From positions 1 through 24,314 of the IMG/VR virus record IMGVR_UViG_3300025652_000534: a DNA stretch of 24,314 bases. One strand, written 5' to 3'. Made by a program: the position numbers and the translations under genes. Below the pieces are notes generated by a model. The model did not search any database. It worked only from the letters and a program-made list of their open reading frames with translations, and was not told the origin of the DNA. This DNA is from a virus (Duplodnaviria > Caudoviricetes). This document shows, piece after piece, positions 18,484-24,314 of this stretch; positions within the stretch are counted from its first letter, which is position 1, and every line of letters starts with the position of its first letter.

Positions 18484-18499
18484 TCACAGGAGAAAGACC

Positions 18500-18862
18500 A
18501 TGTTAAAACGAGAACTAGAAGCACGAGTAAAACTGCTAGAGGAGTCCATCGCTGTACGTCGCCTGGACTTCGACGAAGTTGAAGACCAACGCAACGATGC
18601 ACTTGATAAGGTCGAAGCCTTAGAGGAGCAAATTGAAGTACAGCGCATTAATAACCGGGGGTTGCTCGAAGACATCGACCAGCTTCAGGCATTGAAGGGC
18701 ACGTTCAAGGATGCCACGTTAGAGATCAACCGGATCCGTCGCGACACTAACGACGCTCGCATCATGATCTATACGATCAGAGAGACCTTCCAGGACAACA
18801 ACGCGGTGTATAACGCGATGGTATGCCTGCAACAGTGTCTGAGTGGTGACCTCAGTGAGTGA
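18500..18862 (+). CDS. Hypothetical coiled-coil protein
   Basis: 120 aa, CTCACAGGAGAAAGACC-ATG, long heptad pattern. Confidence 0.8.
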   Translation: MLKRELEARVKLLEESIAVRRLDFDEVEDQRNDALDKVEALEEQIEVQRINNRGLLEDIDQLQALKGTFKDATLEINRIRRDTNDARIMIYTIRETFQDNNAVYNAMVCLQQCLSGDLSE

Positions 18863-19295
18863 TCCCATCGAGAACTTGCTGAAAGCCACGGCTGAGAACA
18901 GCATCATTGTCACCACCAAAGAAACGGACATGCCAACCGATGAGCGCTCGATCGCCTTCATGATAGCTATCCGGGCTTTGATCCTCGTCGCCGACACACA
19001 CAATAACGAGACCTCGTTCAAGTTTCAGGACTCAGACCAGGGACCAATGATTTCCGTTGACGGGCCAATGGCCGATTCGCTGCGCATCCTAACGGGTTTG
19101 TACGTTGCCACCCTGGTGGATGTGGCGAAGATGATGGATGTTAAAACAGGCCTGAGCCATAATAACTACGAAGCCGGCTTGGACACGCTGAAGTGTCTCC
19201 TTGAGCCGGTGGCCATTAACGCCAGCATGTCACGTGAAGACATCAAGTACTTGGTGACTATCTATTTGGAAGCACTCGAGGAGACGCTAGTATGA
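18855..19295 (+). CDS. Hypothetical protein
   Basis: About 146 aa. Start uncertain (GTG 18843 or 18855); ATGA-coupled to the next gene. Confidence 0.7.
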   Translation: MSDPIENLLKATAENSIIVTTKETDMPTDERSIAFMIAIRALILVADTHNNETSFKFQDSDQGPMISVDGPMADSLRILTGLYVATLVDVAKMMDVKTGLSHNNYEAGLDTLKCLLEPVAINASMSREDIKYLVTIYLEALEETLV

Positions 19296-19513
19296 TCTCG
19301 CTGAACAGAGGGAAGTACGACGAGCGCGAGGAGCTCAAGCGTAAGACAGATGAGTTCCTGGCCAACGGTGGCGAGATCCAGGTGTTGGGGATCACTGAGT
19401 CCAAACAGTACTCGGGGGTGAATGAAACTGTCCAGTCCGCAGCACTCGGTAAGGCTCGTGAGAAGCGCGGCCCAGGCATCACCATCACACCAGGGAGTCG
19501 TAACCGTGGATAG
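19292..19513 (+). CDS. SutA-like RNA-polymerase-binding domain protein
   Basis: 73 aa. KYDEREELKRKTDEFLANGGEIQVL resembles the SutA core (helix + EFLxxGGxIQ). GAGGAG RBS. Confidence 0.6.
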   Translation: MISLNRGKYDEREELKRKTDEFLANGGEIQVLGITESKQYSGVNETVQSAALGKAREKRGPGITITPGSRNRG

Positions 19514-19715
19514 TCTCGAGGTAATGCACAAGGCCGGTAGGGTGTCGGCAACAGCTCACACACCTGAGCAGATCGCCATCGCTGATCAATACCGCCATTT
19601 GGCTGTTAAGTGGTGCGCGAAGAGAACGCGGTATGATTTAGAGGCACTGCGTCAAGTCGGGATTGTATACGATCAGGGACGGAAAGGCCTATCCCTAGAC
19701 AGGAGTAAACTTTGA
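19506..19715 (+). CDS. Hypothetical protein
   Basis: Probable GTG at 19506 with GGGAG RBS, overlapping the upstream stop; 69 aa. Confidence 0.6.
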   Translation: MDSLEVMHKAGRVSATAHTPEQIAIADQYRHLAVKWCAKRTRYDLEALRQVGIVYDQGRKGLSLDRSKL

Positions 19716-19783
19716 CCGATGTTTTACTCGGCTTCACCGCTTGGGGGTTCGTCTTCCTCGCGGTGTGGCTTGGTACACAATGA
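19712..19783 (+). CDS. Putative 23-aa membrane peptide
   Basis: AGGAG RBS at 19701, TTGA overlap; MTDVLLGFTAWGFVFLAVWLGTQ. Confidence 0.45.
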   Translation: MTDVLLGFTAWGFVFLAVWLGTQ

Positions 19784-19861
19784 GTCCTTCCGCATCCATG
19801 CGACCACCTCGTCATAGTAGATTACCGCTATAACAAAGATCCAGAACCCGAACACTTCCAT
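19724..19861 (-). CDS. Putative 45-aa membrane peptide
   Basis: TGATG overlap with the primase stop; MEVFGFWIFVIAVIYYDEVVAWMRKDSLCTKPHREEDEPPSGEAE. Confidence 0.4.
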   Translation of the reverse strand: MEVFGFWIFVIAVIYYDEVVAWMRKDSLCTKPHREEDEPPSGEAE

Positions 19862-22407
19862 CACACCACCCTCATTGTCGGCTGACCATCAACCACTTTC
19901 TTCTGTTGAAGGTAGGCATCATACCGCTCACGTGCTGTCATTGTCTTATAGTACTCCGCATTCCTGAACGCCCATAACGTCACCTTCTCATAACCAGTGT
20001 GCGCCGCCAGTTTGGAGCAGAAGGTGATAGCGGATAGAACATGCCCTAGTCGGGATGGTGTCATCGCTCGCAGGTCGGTGTATTCATACTCGGAATCCTG
20101 TAGGACGCAGCTTTTCATCGCCAGGATCACATCGTTCACCGTCAGTAGATCAGACGCAAACATACCCTGCTTACGCTTAACAAACGACTCAACGCATAGC
20201 TGTATTGGTGTCTTAGATGCCTCACTGATGTCACGCAGGAAGTCAGTTACCGGTGGTGCTGTTGACGGGTTAAAGCGACTGACGTCTACGCAGTTGCGCA
20301 GGTACCAGATGCACGCGTCATCACCCCCATTGTCCATCCAGGTCCAATGATCAGCCCAGTACGCTTTCCATTCGGGCGTCATGTTGTCTTGCCCATCTCG
20401 CACGTTCAAGTCAGACCACACGCAGAAGAACCGGCGAGTGGGACCGTTCAGTCGCAAAGGGAGCTGGCTGTTAGTGGTCATGGTGCCGTTGACGATGTTG
20501 CGTACCTGGATCCGTTTGATCCCTTTCTGATTGATTGATAGTTTCTTTGGTGGTGCTGTTGCGATGGGTTTCAGCTTGTTACTGACCTCAAGCGCCTCTT
20601 TACGATCGCCCAGCTCAGCCTCGTTGATGTGCAGGTACTTGGTCCGCAATAGGTATTCTTGGAAGTCACTCAGCAGCTCGTCACCGCTGATCGTTGTAGC
20701 ATTCTCACCGAGCGCCTTCATCAGTGGCGCAAGTAAAAAATCTTTGCCTGCCCCTTCGGGCGATCCGAGTAGCATCATGTGATTGATTTTGTTTTCAGGG
20801 TGTTGAACGGTGTAGGCCATCCACTCGAGCATGTGCTGCCGGTGCTCACTCCACCCCATCAGGGTCCAGTGGTTAAGCCATCTTTCTACATCACCAGCCG
20901 TACCACTCACCTCGCTGACCTCAGACCACGCGTTACCGTACACAATACCCTTCTCCTCGAAGATGCGTGGCTTCTTAGGCGCATAGTCCAGCTTATCCAC
21001 CTTCTGCACTCTACCCATCTGTAAGGCGCTCTTGCGAGCTTCCTCGTCTTCATGGGCGAAGCTGTTTTGAAAGCCCTCGGGTGTATAGAAAATACCCGTG
21101 TTGTGGTCGTACAGCTGATTTTGTTCTTTGATAAAGATGACGTCGTTGAAGAACTCGTTGATCGCATCGTCACCGCTGTACCATTCAGCACGTAGCCCAG
21201 TCAGGATCGTCTTCGTGTCCTGCTTGCTCCACCCCATTAGCTGTCGCAGTTCTTCGTGATTGCTCTGTCGCTCCATCACCCCCATGTCTTCCATTACACG
21301 AAGGGCCACTGCTGCGATGTCACGCGCTTCTGAGCTCGCGGGATTGATCCGCTTTAACTCATCCATCGCCTCCTTTAACGGGTCACCGATCGTCTCAACG
21401 ACGCTGGTGGGTGCGGCATCCATGAAGCTGACGGGCGCAGGTGCAGGAGCTGCGGCCGGAAGGTCTTCGAACATTTTACTGTTCTTCCAGGTCGTCAGCG
21501 TTTTTTTGAAGTCTGGGTCTTGCTCATCAACCCAATGTAAAAGGTCTCTAGCGGTACGCTCTTGACATGCCCCGTGGTGACACTTAAAACCAATAGACCG
21601 GTCTTCATTGGTGAAGATCGCTGCGCCAGAATCGTCTCCACCGGTGTGCTCTGCAACCCACGGGCAGATAATATCGAATCGACCATTACTTCGCTCCTCT
21701 TTGATATGGATCAAGTCGGGGATATTAATTAGGGGGTGATCAGGTATGGCCGCAGCACCATCGACTCGAGCCTCACGACGTGGTGCATCAAGGTTAACCT
21801 GGAAGGGCGCAGCTAGTTGTTCCAGTGTGACGGTGTTGAAGGGGTTCCACAACAACATGGCGCACTTGAACGGCTGACCATTCACAAGTTTAGACGCTTT
21901 GTTGTTGTACCCTTCAGGTAATCGGACGTACCGCGTTACCCCTTTCATGCCGGGATCTTTGCCAGCGGGAGCCAAACCATTAGCCACCAGACCATCAAGC
22001 AAGTTTTCCACTCGGCCTCGGTCGGTGCAGGGTGTATCGAGAATGTACCCCCACTGCTCTGACCCTGGTGACGTCTCGAGGATCCACGACGGTGATGGCA
22101 GCTTTTCAACTTCCACCATGTCTAGCTTTTCCTTCACGTCATCGAGCACAATCACCCGAGTATGACGAAAGAGAACCTTACGACGGCGAGCAATCCCCTG
22201 GGCATCACCGTAGAAATGGCTGATCGTGAAGTACTGGTTGCTCACCGGTTTGAATTGACAGCGACTAAAGTAGTCACCCTTCCAGGCAGCTAAGTGGAGC
22301 CCTTTCGGGATGTTGCTCGGGTCTTCTGTAAAATCTGTGACGTGAGTAAATGGTGTGTCGTCGGCGAATATCGCCCTCAAAAAGTTCTCATTAGAGACTG
22401 TTGGCAT
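19861..22407 (-). CDS. Primase-helicase: RepB'-type AEP primase + Zn-binding domain + SF3 (DUF5906-like) helicase
   Basis: 848 aa. IVLDDV and PSWILETSPGSEQWGY (RepB'-like primase), CPWVAEH...FKCHHGAC (Zn), Walker A GSPEGAGKD, Walker B LHINE, motif C MTTN, RRFF. Confidence 0.9.
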   Translation of the reverse strand: MPTVSNENFLRAIFADDTPFTHVTDFTEDPSNIPKGLHLAAWKGDYFSRCQFKPVSNQYFTISHFYGDAQGIARRRKVLFRHTRVIVLDDVKEKLDMVEVEKLPSPSWILETSPGSEQWGYILDTPCTDRGRVENLLDGLVANGLAPAGKDPGMKGVTRYVRLPEGYNNKASKLVNGQPFKCAMLLWNPFNTVTLEQLAAPFQVNLDAPRREARVDGAAAIPDHPLINIPDLIHIKEERSNGRFDIICPWVAEHTGGDDSGAAIFTNEDRSIGFKCHHGACQERTARDLLHWVDEQDPDFKKTLTTWKNSKMFEDLPAAAPAPAPVSFMDAAPTSVVETIGDPLKEAMDELKRINPASSEARDIAAVALRVMEDMGVMERQSNHEELRQLMGWSKQDTKTILTGLRAEWYSGDDAINEFFNDVIFIKEQNQLYDHNTGIFYTPEGFQNSFAHEDEEARKSALQMGRVQKVDKLDYAPKKPRIFEEKGIVYGNAWSEVSEVSGTAGDVERWLNHWTLMGWSEHRQHMLEWMAYTVQHPENKINHMMLLGSPEGAGKDFLLAPLMKALGENATTISGDELLSDFQEYLLRTKYLHINEAELGDRKEALEVSNKLKPIATAPPKKLSINQKGIKRIQVRNIVNGTMTTNSQLPLRLNGPTRRFFCVWSDLNVRDGQDNMTPEWKAYWADHWTWMDNGGDDACIWYLRNCVDVSRFNPSTAPPVTDFLRDISEASKTPIQLCVESFVKRKQGMFASDLLTVNDVILAMKSCVLQDSEYEYTDLRAMTPSRLGHVLSAITFCSKLAAHTGYEKVTLWAFRNAEYYKTMTARERYDAYLQQKKVVDGQPTMRVV

Positions 22408-22417
22408 GATTATTGCT
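22401..22417 (+). promoter_or_regulatory. Sigma54 promoter box overlapping the primase start codon, antisense orientation
   Basis: TTGGCATGATTATTGCT; its CAT (22405-22407) is the primase ATG on the other strand. Confidence 0.72.
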
Positions 22418-22428
22418 CTTTCTTTTGC

Positions 22429-22515
22429 GTTTCGTTACACTATGCCAGTCAGTAGCTCTGTTGCTGGCTTTCTCCTAGCGTGAGTACAGCCGTCACCTTT
22501 CGGGGTGGCGGTCTC
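22429..22515 (+). ncRNA. Candidate small RNA with two hairpins and an anti-SD linker
   Basis: Hairpins at 22444-22468 and 22490-22511 (UUCG loop) use G.U pairs available only on the + strand; linker CUUUCUCCUAGCGUGAGU. Confidence 0.4.
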
Positions 22516-22764
22516 TCAGTCTATCATATTTGGTTTTTGTTCCAACGTTGACCTCCATTCCTCACACGGTTGCGGATCGTCTTGTGGATAGTGCATCTCA
22601 AGCAAGCTGCCATTCTTATCGTCCCATTCCTCCAGCACGTTATTGCAACGGGGTTCATCCTGGTACCAGTACCACAACCCATCAGGGTCACACGCGAGCC
22701 AGTTGGCCCACTCAGGAGCGTCTTCCCACTCCGGTTTAGTGTTGTCATCTAGGAATTCAGTCAC
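22516..22764 (-). CDS. Conserved Trp-rich phage hypothetical protein
   Basis: WEDAPEWANWLACDPDGLWYWY...WRSTLEQKP motif; likely GTG start at 22764 with TAGGAGA RBS. Confidence 0.8.
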   Translation of the reverse strand: MTEFLDDNTKPEWEDAPEWANWLACDPDGLWYWYQDEPRCNNVLEEWDDKNGSLLEMHYPQDDPQPCEEWRSTLEQKPNMID

Positions 22765-22975
22765 TGCTTCTTCTCCTATGGGAGTACACATTATAGTCAT
22801 CACCGTACCGCTTTAAAGCATCTATTGCAGTAAGGTCAGGGACCACGGTGCTGCTATGTTTACCGGTGGTCGAGTGAACGAGCACCCGGACACCGCAAAA
22901 ATAAACTAGTTTCTTTGGCAGCTTTCTAACAAGCCAGTGCCAAAATTCTTCTTTAATCACTACATATCTTCTCAT
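22757..22975 (-). CDS. Hypothetical protein
   Basis: 72 aa, AAGGGA RBS, overlaps the next start. Confidence 0.7.
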   Translation of the reverse strand: MRRYVVIKEEFWHWLVRKLPKKLVYFCGVRVLVHSTTGKHSSTVVPDLTAIDALKRYGDDYNVYSHRRRSSD

Positions 22976-22999
22976 TTGTCAATCCCTTCAGTGGTAAAG

Positions 23000-23050
23000 T
23001 TAGCCGAATTCGGTTAAGTATTAGCTGAATCAGCTAAGTTCGGTTAAGTA
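23000..23050. repeat. Tandem palindromes with a 12-bp direct repeat
   Basis: TTAGCCGAATTCGGTTAA (23000-23017), TTAGCTGAATCAGCTAA (23021-23037), and TTCGGTTAAGTA at 23009 and 23039. Confidence 0.75.
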
Positions 23051-23265
23051 CTTTTCAAATAAAGAGTAAGTACTAAAGTTAAAAGATCGTTTACCGCAGC
23101 TTCCAGCGAATGATCCGTGCATGAGAGGGCACCGCTTGACACCTGATAACCCTCCCTGACTTTACTTATTCCAACAGAAGGGGTCACGTTAGCTCTCAAA
23201 TCACAAAGCATTATCATTTGTGCTTGTAGGCTTCTGGGATTTTGTGGCTTTGCTTTCTTCATCAT
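23044..23265 (-). CDS. Hypothetical protein (repeat-initiated)
   Basis: 73 aa; starts in a copy of the GGTAACGAATGATG motif. Confidence 0.65.
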   Translation of the reverse strand: MMKKAKPQNPRSLQAQMIMLCDLRANVTPSVGISKVREGYQVSSGALSCTDHSLEAAVNDLLTLVLTLYLKST

Positions 23266-23428
23266 TCGTTACCTGCTCTAATAATTCACCAAGGGGGAAC
23301 ACCAGCTCATTGGCGATGTACACAGCCTGATCAAGGCTACCCGTCGCATTGCCGACGATCTTCATCAGCTCGTCATCGATGAGGACTTCGAGCGTGTGAC
23401 CATCTATCTCAACCTGCACTATCATCAT
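23201..23428 (-). CDS. Hypothetical protein (repeat-initiated)
   Basis: 75 aa; starts at TTAACCCAGAGGTAAAGAATGATG. Confidence 0.65.
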   Translation of the reverse strand: MMIVQVEIDGHTLEVLIDDELMKIVGNATGSLDQAVYIANELVFPLGELLEQVTNDEESKATKSQKPTSTNDNAL

Positions 23429-23442
23429 TCTTTACCTCTGGG

Positions 23443-23592
23443 TTAATACTTCTCACTACCCTTTATATAGTAGTAATTCTTCTTGCTTACCTTCTTACAA
23501 CAGGGGCAGCTTACTCTGCCTGATATATAATAAGCCGACCACTGGTGGTCACAACAAAGTTGCTTAACCCACACCCATAAGACTTTCATCAT
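23443..23592 (-). CDS. 49-aa Cys/His-rich (Zn-ribbon-like) protein
   Basis: MMKVLWVWVKQLCCDHQWSAYYISGRVSCPCCKKVSKKNYYYIKGSEKY; starts in one repeat and stops at the TAA of the next. Not in the ORF track. Confidence 0.7.
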   Translation of the reverse strand: MMKVLWVWVKQLCCDHQWSAYYISGRVSCPCCKKVSKKNYYYIKGSEKY

Positions 23593-23614
23593 TCGTTACC
23601 TCTGGGTTAAAAGC

Positions 23615-23803
23615 CTATCTAAACCAGCCCGTGAAAGGGAAAAGTCGCCCTCTGAACTCGTAGGAAAACAGCCCTAAATGGTCTATGGATTTGTAGCCAC
23701 TTTTATCTACATGATAAGACTGCAACCATATAACAGCTCTTGAGCGATGTATTGGTCGCCAAGTCGTAACAATCATCGGTCTCCATGCGTACTTACTCAT
23801 CAC
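23615..23803 (-). CDS. Hypothetical protein (repeat-initiated)
   Basis: 62 aa; GTG-ATG start within a repeat copy. Confidence 0.65.
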   Translation of the reverse strand: MMSKYAWRPMIVTTWRPIHRSRAVIWLQSYHVDKSGYKSIDHLGLFSYEFRGRLFPFTGWFR

Positions 23804-23969
23804 TCGTTACCCCTGGGTTGTGGTTTGCATTCACGCCACCAGTCTGCTCATCTGGTGAGCATTTGTTTATTTTGATTAGCTCTTGGCATTTCTCAGCATA
23901 ACCGCTTGCTTGATCAAAGTGCATATCACATTTAAGGCAATCATGCTCATCGTGCATTCTGCATTTCAT
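23793..23969 (-). CDS. 58-aa Cys/His-rich protein
   Basis: ATGA overlap with the upstream stop; MKCRMHDEHDCLKCDMHF...NPGVTSDE, reading through the repeat. Not in the ORF track. Confidence 0.6.
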   Translation of the reverse strand: MKCRMHDEHDCLKCDMHFDQASGYAEKCQELIKINKCSPDEQTGGVNANHNPGVTSDE

Positions 23970-24184
23970 TTCTCATCTTCCGGATTAAGCCCTTGGCAGC
24001 AGTCAACGTAACTGCAAGTGTAGTTATTTTGGTCAAGCGGTGCGTAGGCACCACACTGGCTACAGGTGGCGGGGAATTGACTTGCCTGCTGTATTCCAAG
24101 AATACTGGCGTCGATTATTCTTTCAAGTCGAAAGACTCTGGTTTCAATAGAAGCTAGGTATTGTTTTGTCTGGTTATCCATCAT
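23966..24184 (-). CDS. 72-aa protein with C-terminal Zn ribbon
   Basis: CSQC...CSYVDC; starts in a repeat copy. Confidence 0.7.
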   Translation of the reverse strand: MMDNQTKQYLASIETRVFRLERIIDASILGIQQASQFPATCSQCGAYAPLDQNNYTCSYVDCCQGLNPEDEK

Positions 24185-24197
24185 TCGTTACCTCTGG

Positions 24198-24314
24198 TTA
24201 TACTTTTGGAAGTGGTATCCACCCATCTAATTTGTTTTCCCTTCTTACTGGAATTTCAAAGCTCTTACCATCGTCAAGCATCCAGCCATTAGCTTCTTCA
24301 TCCCAACATACAAC
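24198..24314 (-). CDS. C-terminal end of a DUF551-like protein (partial)
   Basis: Open from the window edge: VVCWDEEANGWMLDDG...LDGWIPLPKV*, with the TAA inside a repeat copy. Confidence 0.55.
   Translation of the reverse strand, partial: VVCWDEEANGWMLDDGKSFEIPVRRENKLDGWIPLPKV

Larger units (their letters stand above)
23260..24202 (-). repeat. Five copies of a ~24-bp gene-junction repeat TTAACCCAGAGGTAACGAATGATG
   Basis: Copies at 23260-23279, 23423-23446, 23587-23610, 23798-23820 and 24179-24202, each supplying an RBS and tandem start codons. Confidence 0.9.

Noticed and set aside
19997-22752. Plus-strand and alternate-frame ORFs over the primase region
   Set aside because: Shadow ORFs without coding signals.
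23260-24202. CRISPR array
   Set aside because: Spacers are irregular (about 140-360 bp) and protein-coding, the repeat is an RBS/start motif, and there are no cas genes.
22995-24202. Integron attC cassette array
   Set aside because: TAAC follows some stops, but there are no paired RYYYAAC/GTTRRRY ends with a long palindrome, and no integrase in the window.
1-24314. Diversity-generating retroelement as in BPP-1
   Set aside because: No reverse transcriptase and no TR/VR pair seen in this window; one could lie outside it.
1-24314. Alternative genetic code or tRNA genes
   Set aside because: Conserved genes are full length in the standard code, with all three stops in use; no tRNA-like sequence recognised.

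Overview
A fragment of a tailed dsDNA bacteriophage (podovirus), with a virion module of the BPP-1/APSE/Bcep-like type and a probably proteobacterial host. Minus strand 16277->1: degenerate HNH protein, terminase small and large subunits, portal, Bbp19-like protein, scaffold, major capsid, Bbp16-like cement protein, tail adaptor, nozzle with three FCCH-like insert domains, GNAT-like protein, three ejection proteins and small tail/structural genes. An AT-rich, iteron-like intergenic region (16278-16713) separates these from a plus-strand early operon of small genes (16768-19783) behind a sigma70 promoter; this operon includes a SutA-like protein. It converges on a minus-strand RepB'-type primase/SF3 helicase (19861-22407), which is preceded by an array of tiny genes joined by a repeated stop/RBS/start motif. 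The most striking signal is six sigma54 (RpoN) -24/-12 boxes. Four are sense, in front of virion genes. Two are antisense, over the terS upstream region and the primase start codon, and the latter precedes a candidate two-hairpin anti-Shine-Dalgarno small RNA. No enhancer-binding ATPase is visible in the window. Product calls come from motif recognition and gene order, not from database searches.
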